This document shows positions 52,655 to 64,000 of a DNA stretch of 64,000 nt, in pieces (positions within the stretch are counted from its first letter, which is position 1; each line of letters starts with the position of its first letter). The translations under genes were made by a program, and so were the position numbers. Source of the stretch: Vicugna vicugna (taxonomy: Eukaryota); NCBI GenBank assembly GCA_013265495.1, contig MU057521.1:744001-808000 (forward strand), read 5' to 3'. Below the pieces are notes generated by a model, which saw nothing but the letters and a program-made list of their open reading frames with translations, was not told the DNA's origin and ran no database searches.

Positions 52655-53050
52655 ATTCATCCATTCATTAATTCATCCACTTGTTTACCAAATGTTTACT
52701 GAGAGCCTACTGTGTGCCTGGCAGTGATCCAAGAGTCAGTGATGAACAAAAGCACTCCAGACTTTGAGAAGCTAACGTGCAAGAGACGGAGATGGTAAAT
52801 CACTAAATGTTCAGTGCACTGGCAGTTGGTGACAAATGCCATGAATAAAGTAAAGGAGGGTCCGGAGCTAGAGTGAGGAGCTGGCATTCTGGATGGGTGG
52901 TCAGGGAGGTCTCCAGAGGAGACGCTATTTGAGCAGAGAATTGAAGGAAGTGAGGGGCCCTGTGGGGGCCCTACGGGGAGGGTTTTCTATGCAGAGGAAG
53001 GAGCCCTGGCATGGAAATGTACTTAGGAAGTTGGAGAATCAAGAGGCAAG
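52655..53050 (-). mobile_element. LINE-2 3' fragment
   Basis: attcatccattcatt...aaatgtttactgagagcctactgtgtgcctggca...gggtggtcagggagg...atttgagcagaga. Confidence 0.8.
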
Positions 53051-56000
53051 ATGAGTGAATGTCCTCATGGAGTTTAGAAAAACACAGCTGAGGAACAGTG
53101 TCAGTGTTTCTTCCAGAAAACACACCCAACAGTTATGTAACTCTGCACAGACAGTGCTGGATTTTAAAGCAGAAACAGACTCTTATTTAGAGACAGGGTA
53201 GGAATCTGATCACATGGGACGGTCTGATGAAGAACTGCTCCCCGCTTCCCCCACTCACGGATCCTTGGGTGTCCTTGTCTAAGGTGCAGCACACTAGGAT
53301 CTGTATTTTGAGGTGAACTTCAAAATGTAAAATGCTTTGGAAAGATAATGGTCAGATTTGAATTCATACCCAAGTAGAAATACATTATCCAATACTGCTC
53401 TGAGCAGCAGAGGCTTTCTGAATTCGGGGGAGGACAGGGCATTGAAAAAGTTAAACACACACAACATGAAAGCTGGAAGCCTTCAAATCAAGCTTCAGCT
53501 GCTGTGCCGTTTTCTCTCAATCACCAAACAGAAATATTCTTTCTCCCTAGAGAGACAAAAGGTATTTCTGTTCAGCTTTCATAGCTTGTTAGAAATATCC
53601 CTTCGGGACATATAGCTCCCTTTGGAGTCTAATTACATATTCATCCAGTGGCCTTCCAATCTGAATTTAGCTACCTGGGAAATACCCAGAAAAAGAATGC
53701 CATTTGCAGACAGCTGCACTAGGTAACGACACATTGTAAATTAATAAATGCATTCTGTTTTGTATCATTCCAACTCTGATGAATTTTGCAAGTATGATAC
53801 AGCCAAAGTCCCAATTCTGAAACAATTTAATGAATAGATAGACGCGTCACTGGAATTCAAAGCATCGCTGGGAACCCCTTGGTTAGATTTCACTGGTGCT
53901 AAAACCTTCCCAGAGTAGATAACTAAGGGAATTCATTTCCTGGTTGTAGACCAGGGGAGGAAGAGTCCATTTATTCCACAAAAGATGCAGGTAAGCAGAT
54001 ACTCTGGGCTGGGTGCAAGACTTCTAAGGAAAACTAGGGACCTGCCTCTTTCCAGGTGAGGCCACCCATGTCTAGCCATTAAGCAGAGTGGGACCAAGGC
54101 CCCAAGGCTGATTTAATGCTCACATTCAAGATCCTCTACTATCTTTGCTTTATCTTCACAAGAAAACTGCCATTTGGGGGTTGCTGGTAAATTTTGGGTT
54201 GTGGACCTTTGGAGCCAATCTCTATGTTCTGAATAAATCTCTGGAGTGGCCCTCTAATGACTTCAGTGTTAAGCTGGCACTGCCTCTTCTGCTAGGGTAA
54301 GGGTAGGGGCTTCGCACAAGGAACACAGGGAGAAAAGACACTGAGACCTCTCCTCCTTCTTATTAAGATTTGAACTGCTGTTTTGCACTCAGGGTTCCCC
54401 AGCCAAGGCCAGATACCAGAAGGGAGGAAAAGGGTTCAGGAAGAGAAGTTCCACAAAAGATGGGAAGAAGAGAGTTCTGGATATGAGAACTGGATCCAAA
54501 TACCCAGACCGAAATGTTCATAACAGAAGGCAGGATCTAAATGTGTCTGGTTGACAGGGACACCCACGCTGATCTGTAGCTGGGTCATGACTTAGTGCCC
54601 ACTGAGTGAGCAGGACACAGAAAGAGAGAGAGGGAGAGAAGCCTGAAAGAGCTCGCCAGTAAGAACCATGGGACCTCGGGTCCCCTGGCAAAGCAGAACA
54701 TGAAGATGCCCCCACAAAAAAACGTCCAGCATTACCACTGCAGGGCCAGCAGCCAGGAGTAAAAGAAAACACCTGAGAATCATGTCAGCCTCTCAGCATC
54801 TTTCTCCCCCTGCATTCCTCACACAGACATGTGCCCCCACCTGTACCTAGCTTCACCTGCTGAAACTCCTTGCACAAAGATAGCTGCAAGTCACAGAAAC
54901 CAGCTCCAGCTAACCTGAGGGTTGCTGGAAGGATGCCAGGTAGCATACAGACTCCAGAGGATGACTGAAGAACTGGGCTTGGACAATGGTCAGGAACCCA
55001 GCAAGGCTGGGCAGTGGGAGGAATGGCTCCAGGATGGAGCTGCTGGCACTGCCTCCAAGGACACTCAAGACCAAGGCGCTGTGGGCTCTGAACACCAGGG
55101 AACATTGTTTCTCAACTGCCCTGCATCTTTGCATCACTCCCTGGAGATTCAGTCCCAGATTTGGAGGGTCAGCCTGGCAGAGCCTGAGTCCTCTCCCTCA
55201 AGCTGTCAACGGGCAGGGAGGGGGACTCTCCCAAACTCAAGATCTGTGCAAGAAGAAGGACCCTGCTTCTCTTCCCTCATGCCCCCATCTCCCACCTCAT
55301 AACACACAGCCTGGGAGGAGGTTCCAGAAACAGGAAGTGGGTAAGGTTTGGAGCAGTCAAAAAATGGCACTTGGATGACAGCTGATGTTGGAAGTCAGAG
55401 AGAGACGAAACCAAGAGGAACAAGAACAGACTCAACAGACAGCTCATCTCAAAATCTACACAATTCAGAAGTCTGTCTTTAAATATAAAGATGCTGCAGA
55501 GAAAAGAACCATTCCGACTTTAAGAGTAACCCTGAGAATATTACCTCCTTGGTTAACTGCAAGGAGATACCTCTACAGAAAAAACAAAAAAATGACAGTT
55601 CCACTTGCCATTTTTGTCATGAACAGTATTACTGAGAGATTTTGAGAAATAAGCTACCCAAAGCGCATCTCAAAATCACCTCAAAATTGTAAGTCAAACA
55701 AATTTAATGTTAATTATATGCTTAGTACAGCTAGAACACCAAAATGAGTCAAATTTACAGTATAGTAAAGTATTTTTAATATAACATAGGTATATGCTCT
55801 AATATATTAGTGTCCCTTTTATCGCAGGTACATTTATGTCTATTTTATGACCTTGGACATAATTTTACTATTTATATGATTATAAAGGTTTATAGATGTT
55901 GTGGTTTTTCATGTATTATATATTCTTAGTCTGGTCCATAATTTCTTTGAAACAAGACTATAACCTGCAAATCATTTAAGCTTGACCCTGCCTTCCACAG

Positions 56001-56558
56001 TAATCTGCTTTATAGCATAGTTCCCCGGGACACAGCAAAACCTGAGCCCTGGCCATTTGCTGTATTTTTGTATAAAATTTGATTTATTATTATAATAAAA
56101 TGGCTACACTCTTTGGCTGGGTTTTCCTTGTCCTTTCCACTTTACGAAATCACACACATCTATGAATATTTTCCAAAATAACATGTTCCAGCAGTGTTTT
56201 GGGGTTATGATGGGCACTTCTACTGGCCAGTATGGGAAGAAGTTGTAATGAAGGTGTGCAGGAGGAAAAGGCATGTGGAGGACATACCTGATGCTCCACT
56301 CCTCATCTGGGTCATTAGCTTACACCAAAGCTGATGGAGGATTTTGCAGCTGGTCGTTTCCCAACGTTGCTCACTCATTGTGCTGCCCCTAATGCCTGCC
56401 TCCTCTCTACAAGCCTGATGCTCCCTTCAACCCATGCTATGCCTTTGGCGTGAGTTGATGATGTATGTGACCTGAGAATAGAAATTATTCTGAAATATAT
56501 ATCAAATTCATTGATTTGCATTTGCATGATTGCAACAGTCTAAAAGTCTACATCCTGG

Positions 56559-56648
56559 TGTTATGGGCTGAATTCTGTTCCCCCAAATTCCTATGTTGAA
56601 GTCCTAACTGCCTCAGAAGGCGTTTGGAGACTGAGTGTTTAAATCTTT
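56559..56648 (+). mobile_element. MLT1A/B LTR 5' part, split by the L1 (short continuation ~57308-57345)
   Basis: tgttatgggctgaattctgttcccccaaattcctatgttgaagtcctaac...tttggaga. Confidence 0.75.
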
Positions 56649-57291
56649 TTTTTTTTAACATTTTTTATTGAGTTATAATCATTTTACAATGTTGTGTCAA
56701 ATTCCAGTGTAGAGCACAATTTTTCAGTTATACATGAACATATATATATTCATTGTCACATTTTTTTCTCTGTGAGCTACCACAAGATCTTGTGTATATT
56801 TCCCTGTACTATATAGTATAATCTTGTTTATCTATTCTACAATTTTGAAATCCCATCTATCCCTTCCCACTCTCCACCCCCTTGGCAACCACAAGTTCGT
56901 TTCTATGTCTATGAGTCTATTTCTGTTTTGTATTTATGCTTTGTTTGTTTGTGTTGGGGTTTTTTTTGTTTTTTTTTTTTTTAGATTCCACATATGAGTG
57001 ATCTCATATGGTATTTTTCTTTCTCTTTCTGGCTTACTTCACTTAGAATGACATTCTCTAGGAGCATCCACGTTGCTGCAAATGGCATTATGTTGTCGGT
57101 TTTTATGGCTGAGTAGTATTCCATTGTATAAATATACCACATCTTCTTTATCCAGTCACCTGTTGATGGACATTTAGGCTGTTTCCATGTCTTGGCTATT
57201 GTAAATGGTGCTGCTATGAACATTGGGGTGCAGGTGTCATTCTGAAGTAGGGTTCCTTCTGGATATATGCCCAGGAGTGGGATTCTGTGCA
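56649..57291 (-). mobile_element. Young 5'-truncated LINE-1 with poly(A) tail and perfect 16-bp TSD
   Basis: gagtgtttaaatcttt at 56633-56648 and 57292-57307. Minus-strand ORF 56981-57223 (MFIAAPFTIAKTWKQPKCPS...WYIYTMEYYSAIK) is the L1 ORF2p C-terminus. Confidence 0.95.
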
Positions 57292-57344
57292 GAGTGTTTA
57301 AATCTTTAAAGGCGAATAGTCTTGTAGGGCTGAACCCTTAATCC

Positions 57345-57500
57345 ATGGAATCTGATGTGATCTCCAAGTACACAGTGTCAGAAGTGAGTTCAGTTGTAGG
57401 ACACTCAACTGGTGATGGAGCACTGCTTGATGGTATGGGGGATCCCCATACATACATTGGAATTGGGGGTCAGAACCTCTTCACCAGCTGTATCAGAACC
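57345..57500. mobile_element. MER21-like LTR fragment
   Basis: agtgtcagaagtgagtt...taggacactcaactggtg...tgcttgatggtatggggga..ccc..acatacattgg. Confidence 0.5.
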
Positions 57501-57629
57501 CCAGTCAATCCTATGGGGAGCTCTGGAACTAATTTTGTTAGAGTTATTCTAACCAGGGCCAAGATAACCAGGTCATATATTCGCACATAGATCAGATCAG
57601 TCATTGGCCATTAGCCACCCAGAGAAAAG

Positions 57630-58015
57630 GTATCATCTTGGGTTTTCTTGGGTGTGTAACAAATTACCAGAAAGTTGTCAGCTTAAAACACCACAAATTT
57701 ATCACCTCATCATTTTCACAGGTCAGGAGTCCAGGAATAGCCTAACTGAACCCTCTGCTTCAGGTCTCAGCAGGCTGAAATCAGAGTGTTAGGCAGGGCT
57801 GTAGTTCTCATCCCAGGCTTGGGGTGCTCAATCAAGTTGATGGCAGGGTTGGTTTCCTTGCGGCTATATGATTGAGACCACTACTTACTTGCCGAGGACT
57901 GCTGTCAGCTCCTGGAGGCCACCCTCAGTTCCTTGCCACGTGGCCCCACATACAGTTCACAATGCGGATGCTTGTTTTCTTCCCAACCATCCAGGGTGTG
58001 TCTCTATGACTTCCC
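57630..58015 (-). mobile_element. MLT1 LTR remnant
   Basis: gtaacaaattacca.aaa.tt..cagcttaaaaca.cacaaatttat...ggtcaggagtcca...cagttccttgccacgtggcccc. Confidence 0.75.
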
Positions 58016-60854
58016 TTTATGAGTCCAAATTCTCCTCCAGACAGCTACAGCAAGATATCCCATCACTGTCCACCCTAGTGAACTAGCCATTTGTAGTAAA
58101 AGAAAATCTCCATGTGCTTCAACCACGACTTTCTTTTCCATGTTCTTTTTACTAGGCAGTAGTCCATTAAATGAGATTTAATTAAAGTTGAATTGATGGA
58201 TAGTCTAATAAATGTCTTGGTCTCTCCCAAGGCAGCATAGTTTTGTGTCACTGATAAAAAAAAAAAAAAAAACCCTCATCTTTTGGCAATTTTGTGGCAA
58301 AATGATTTATTTCCTTGGTAAAACCAGGCAATACTATTGATCTAGAGAACATCTCTTCAGTCATTCCTGTGGAGTAGAGGTTCTTAACTGTCATTAAATC
58401 AGCTGTTCATTGGCTGACACATCACAAATTGAAACTATACACACAAATCACACAGCTGAACTTGAAAAGCCAAACTTGTTTTTATTGCACTGTGGAAACT
58501 AGAAATGGGATTTCATTCTGCTGAGGTTATCACATGGAAATAAAAAAAAAACGCAAAACATCCCTCTTTTTAAAAATAATAAATGGCATAAATCATCTCG
58601 ACAGCTGACCATTACACTGTAACATCCCAGTGAGTTTTGCATTAATAGGAAGCTGAATTAGATTAATAACTGTGCATTTTCCTAAACATTTCAAGGAAAT
58701 TAACTTAGCTCTTCACATGTCTGAGCAAAATGCTTTGGAAATATTAACTACCCGATTCTTATCACCAAAAAACATTTCCTTTACACCTATTTGCACAAGG
58801 GACTTAGCTAAGCACTTTCTAAGCAATTCAAACTGATGGATTATATATTCTAAAACTGCAGTTTTCCTATTAAAAAGACAACCTGGAACTTGTTTATTTA
58901 AGTGCCAGCAACACTGACTTTTTTTTTTAAGTTGGATGATTTCTGGTCATAAAAATGTGGGGAGGTCTTATTTCATACAAAAGATGCATCTCACAAGACC
59001 TTGTATAATTCGAACTTGCATAATTCAAGAATGATTTTCTCAAGGGAATAAACATAAAATAAGACAGATGTATTCTCAGAGCACATTTACAAGTTGTAAC
59101 ATATTTTTGCTTTAAAGCCGCTTTTCCTGTTCCCGGCATTATATCTAATATTTCACAGAATGCTGTCGCCCATATTAACTGCACCATGTTTCATCGTGGT
59201 TGTTTACTCTGCTTGGCATCTTATCATATATAACATCCCTCCAAAAGCTGTTGATTTGGGGGCGCATTTTTCAGCATGAGCACTTACATCGTTACTTTAT
59301 GACTCCTTGAATGACATTGTTATGGGTCGTAAAAATAGTTTACATGATAGTAACAGTGAATGCTAAAATAATAGCATTAGGGTTAAAAAAAAAATCACTT
59401 GCAAGAGTTCCATTGCATGTAAACAACAGCATGGTTTAGAGGCTCCTGCAAAGCCAGGTTGATATTTCTGTTTACCAGCTAAAGTGGCAAGCCACGTTGC
59501 AAAAATGTAAACAAGTTTACTATATTCCTCCTGCTCATCAGCTTTTAAATTACATGATTCTTGACAATTTCTTTTTCAATTTGGCATGATTGATATATTT
59601 TTATCTTTGTACCTGATTTAAGATTTCACTGGTATTTTTACACTGATGTTCTTCAGTGTACATACCCCATAGGGCTGCCATCCCAGGGGGCAGTAGAGGG
59701 AGCCAGGAAGGGGATGTTTCATTGAAGTCCATGGTGGCCAACAAACGTACAGACTCAGAAGATGGAAGAGACCCATCATCGTCTCGTATCACGTCTACAA
59801 GGCAACAATTGCAGGGCTCACACTCTCCATAGAACAAAGATCACTCCAAACGCAGGTTTGCCCCTAGCACCTCTCTCCTCCCACGCCGCTCAGGAGGGGT
59901 ATGGATTTACAATGGAGAAACAGTCTCTTCTTAGTTCTGCTCTGGTCTGTGTTTCAGTCTGCTGCCCAACCGAGGGGAATTAAGCCCCTTCCTCTGAGCC
60001 CACACTTCAGTATCCGTAAGTGGTGCTGCCAACCTCTCTTGACCATCTCTCCTTGGGTGGTAGGAAATAGCAAGTGAACTAATCACAGCCATTCTCAACA
60101 GAGGAAAGTATGCCAATCTAGGTATCAGGGGCCTTACATAGCTTGGAAAAAACATATTATTCGTTCTTAAATAAATGGAAAAGCAAAGATGTAGTTGCCA
60201 CTAGAACTAGAAAATATACTAGCTTATTTTAAAATAAACTTATAGAAAATGTGAAAAATTCCAAAAAGCATGAGGAAAAAGATAAATAATTGATTATTCC
60301 ACTACTAAGAAACAAGCTTTCTAAAATTGTGCTGTTTTTTTGCCTCCTTTTTTTCTCTTGCCTTTATTTTTTCCATTACAAATATCACATACACCACTGT
60401 TTATTCTACTTAAAAAAAAAAACTTTTTCCAGAACATTTTTACCTATTATATCATATCATCCCCCAAAGCAGTTATGTAATAGCTACTTTCTCACCCAAC
60501 ATTTGGATGTTCTCTTCTATTGCTGAACATTTAGGCTGCTCTAGAAAATTAATATTTTAAACATATTACTCTCCAAATGGAGCAGATTCAGAATTTTTCT
60601 ATTTATCAAAAATTACAATATTGATTTTAAAATTCTAAAATTCAGTAGTTTGCTGAATACTGGTTAATATTCTATCTTGGATTGCTCATTTTCAAGCCAC
60701 TAAGGTCCAACAGTAACAAAATAACATCCTTGCCTTTATGAAATGCACGTTTTCGATCAGCAGTGTATATACAGTCAGAATGCACTGAATTATACCCTTT
60801 AAATATATGCAATTTATACTGCACAAATTAAATCTAAAACTAATTTAAAAAATT

Positions 60855-61330
60855 AAAACCTCAATGGCTTAAAGCCATAGTTATTTATTACAGTGCTGGT
60901 GGTTAATGAGGGTTAGTTGCTTTAGGCTGCACTCAGCTAATCTCAGCTGCATTCACTCATTACCTGTCTGCAAGTTACCTGTCTCCAGGTAAGTTGGGGA
61001 TCCACTCTGGTCTGGCTTGGTTGAGGCCTCTTAGCTAGGAAGCTCTGCTCTAAGTCTCACATCCTCCTCTTGGGACCAGAGGGCTAATCTGGCCTTGGAC
61101 TTCTCACGGCAGTAGGGAAGCACGAGAGACACGTAAGTGGAAAAGCACATGCACTCCTGAGGGGCAGGCTTGGCACTTACACACCATGAATTCTACTTCA
61201 TCCTACTGGCAAAGCAAGTGACATAGCTAAGCCAGGTTCAGCAGGGGTGGCAGGAAGAGCAGACCTTGCCTCTAAAGTGAGAGAAAATGTAAAGTCAGAT
61301 GGCAAAGGGTGTGGATATTAATGCAATCAA
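60855..61330 (-). mobile_element. MLT1 LTR remnant
   Basis: acctcaatggcttaaa...tttatt...ggcacttacacaccat...cctactggcaaagcaagt.acatagctaagcc. Confidence 0.65.
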
Positions 61331-61334
61331 TCCA

Positions 61335-62185
61335 AAAATCCAAATGGAGATATTAGAGGGGCATTTGGAAATACATGTATGGAATTCAAAGGTCTGGGCT
61401 GAAGATACAAATCTGCGGGTTGTCGAAATAGGAAAGTATTTGAGGTTATGTGACGTGTCTCCTGGAGGATGAATGTTGATAGAGATGAGAAGAGATTCAG
61501 GGTTGAGGAGATGAAGAAAACGGGGTGCTACTGAGGTTGAAAGAGTCAAAAGAGAACAGTATTCTAGAAGACGAGCTCAGAATGTGTTTTAATAGGGAGG
61601 CATGATCAGTGTGTCAATCACTGCTCCATGAAATAAATAAACCTGTGTTGAACTACTTCCTGGTTCTTCCTGAAGAATCATGTCGCTGTTGAGTATATCA
61701 CTGCCAAACTAGGGGTGCAGTCAGAATCTAATAAAAACTGCCTTGCCACCCTCTCTACCGGCAGACTCATAAACAGATCAGTTGAGATTAGCTGAGCCCA
61801 GCCTAAACCAGATCTTTTGCTACATTCTTCTTTTGATAGATGCCAGGATGATTTCCAACATGTTAGTGAGATCTGTAGCCTAACTATTTATGTATCACAC
61901 ATATTGAGGACCTAGGTTTGCCACATACTGCTTCAAGCAATGAGGCTATAACAGAAAGTAAGATAAGTAGGTTTCCAGCTGTCATAGAGTTAACATTTCA
62001 GTGGAAGAAATAAACAAAAAACACAGACGAGTAGACATATACATTAGCAAGTAATTTCAGATAGTGGTGACTGCTGTGATGATGATAAAGCAGAATAATG
62101 ACTGGAGAGCGACTGGGGGAATTAGTTTTGATCATATGGTCAGGTAAGGTTTCTCTGAGGAAGTACTAATTGACTGAAATCTGAA
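61335..62185 (-). mobile_element. LINE-2 fragments (about 61335-61625 and 61890-62185)
   Basis: ggtctgggctgaagatacaaat.tg; atattgagga.cta..tt.gcca.atactg...ggtcaggtaaggtttctctgagga. Confidence 0.55.
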
Positions 62186-62639
62186 TTATTCAAATCAGAC
62201 AACTCCTCAGTGAGTTTCATTATAGCTTTTTGACCTTCCACCACTCTTGGGCTGCTGCACAGAAAAGAGAATCCCAGCATCATCTTCTGTTCTCCCTCTT
62301 GCCTTCCTCACAACCCCCTGACAGCTGAAAATAAAAGGGAAGAGCAAGGATGCCAGGGGAGGTATACCAGATTTCTGCTGAACCAAACGACCACAGATCC
62401 AATCGCCTCTGGCCAAAAAAGAGCCCTTTTAAGGAATTGGGCCCAGTTAAAGCTTTTCAAAAAATGGAAAAGTCTCATTTGATTCAGCAACTGTGTTTTC
62501 TTTGTGGCAGGAAAAGAGGAAGGTATTAAGGCTGCATAAGAAAAAGTCATGATTGACCTAACGCCCCCTTGATTGCCATCATCCCTAGAATTCTGCTATC
62601 AGAGAAGTGACATATGTGTCACGTCTCCCTGAGGACCCC

Positions 62640-62800
62640 TCAAGCAAACCTGGATAGTAGGAATCATTATTGGAATAAAGACACTGGCTCTGAGGGACTG
62701 AAGAACTTACCCAAGGTCGTCCAGTTAATAAGACACAAAACCAGAATATGAACCAAGGGCTGGCTATTTCCAAAGCCCATGTTCTTTCAACTAAATGACC
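62640..62800 (-). mobile_element. MIR fragment
   Basis: actggctctgaggg...aacttacccaaggtc.tccagttaataag...tgaacc.aggg.tgg...tccaaagcccatgttctt. Confidence 0.65.
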
Positions 62801-64000
62801 CTGCCCAGCTGCCAAACTGGACATCAGAAGACATAAACCATTAAGAGACAAAAGGCAGACCAATTCATTTGTCAAATTCTTCTAAGAGGGAAAGAGCGAG
62901 AGGGAGAGGGAGATCAATACGCCGTGTTGTATTTTTAGTGATGGGCAGTGAGAATGGCACCCAACAATTTATAGAAAAGGAAAGGAATTTGTATTCCCTG
63001 GGGCTGGAAAGTTGTTGGACATTAATAACAAGAAAATTGTTAGGATGCTGACAAGAGGTAAAGGAAATGTCCTTGCTTTATCCCCTCCAAAACCTCACTG
63101 GAAGAAAAGTGGGAAAGAACACAGGACTGAAAATCGAAGCAGGTTTGCGATAGGAAGAAACACAGGAGGGGAATATGAGAACGTTTGAAAGCAAACAGTA
63201 TGGAATGAAAGAATTTCAGACTAAAAGAAAAATAAGCTTAGCTGTTGTAAAAGAGCAGGATGGTTAATTAACAAGGGGGATGAAAATAGCCTGCAGATAA
63301 TATTTATCATCCTTCCCAGTTTTCCTGTGGCTTTATTTGTGCCCATCTGTCAGCTCAATCTTTTCCAAGTGTCTGCTGCCACAAATGCAAGCCATTAATT
63401 TATTGAAAATATTACTGAAATTAGATTGCTTCTGGCCTTCCTGTTGCTTTGTTTTTAACTTTTTGGAAAATTGTGTTTATCTGTTTGCCTGTTTGTGTTT
63501 TCGTTTGGCATGTGGAAGTTATGCCCAGGCTTGGAAACATAGCCTTCCCAATTCATAACAAAAAGAAACCTGGGAAACTTTCCTGTGTTCAGAAGCGCAC
63601 CCAGCTGAATTTGCAGAACAGTTTTGCCAAATGTCCCTGTACACACACCCTGTTACCTCTAGGGCGAGAAATCTAAACCTGGAACATTCTGACAAAAACC
63701 AAAGAAAGCAATGGCAATATTGCATTTATTTGCTTTAGCAAAGAACATACCTAAATGGGTGGTTCTTATTATGAACGTATCCAGTTTACATTAAAAAAAA
63801 GTCCATTAGACTCCCCTAAGAACCAAGTAGGTGGTACATTTAGGTTATACCCATTTTTATTTCAAAAACAGGGACAAAGAGCCTTTCTGTCGACTCTGTC
63901 ACAGGCTGATGTGTCACCCTACTTGAGGCCATTATCAAAGGAAGATAATTGTGACATTTTTAACATTACATAATCGGATTTTTTTAAATCAGCAAGTGAG

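Noticed and set aside
56981..57223. 80-aa minus-strand ORF as a host gene
   Set aside because: It is the L1 ORF2p C-terminus inside a truncated L1.

Overview
Mammalian genomic DNA, probably camelid (inferred from two tRNA-derived SINEs resembling vic-1). Bases 1-~34,000 hold the 3' part of a type II classical cadherin gene on the + strand, which I recognise as CDH20 (cadherin-20). There are eight coding exons (329-496, 4356-4543, 11234-11487, 17210-17346, 19844-19965, 24087-24204, 28037-28288, 32393-32898). All have GT-AG boundaries and compatible phases, giving an uninterrupted frame from EC2 to the C-terminal ...GASEGPAPLW* and then a ~1 kb 3'UTR. The 5' exons lie outside the window. The remaining ~30 kb is intergenic and rich in repeats (L1, L2, MIR, MaLR/MLT LTRs, hAT and Tigger MITEs, SINEs). 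I found no prokaryotic features and no convincing new biological system. The best leads are: a +4 tandem splice donor that would enter a 221-codon open alternative frame of the last exon; ~98% GC3 in that exon; a dense miRNA-site cluster and a G-quadruplex in the 3'UTR; two orphan CpG-rich promoter/CTCF-like elements downstream; a PBX-HOX/FOX motif cluster at 58.2-59.6 kb; and a possible ancient LINE reverse-transcriptase fossil in an intron. Repeat family names and boundaries are recognised by eye and are approximate.
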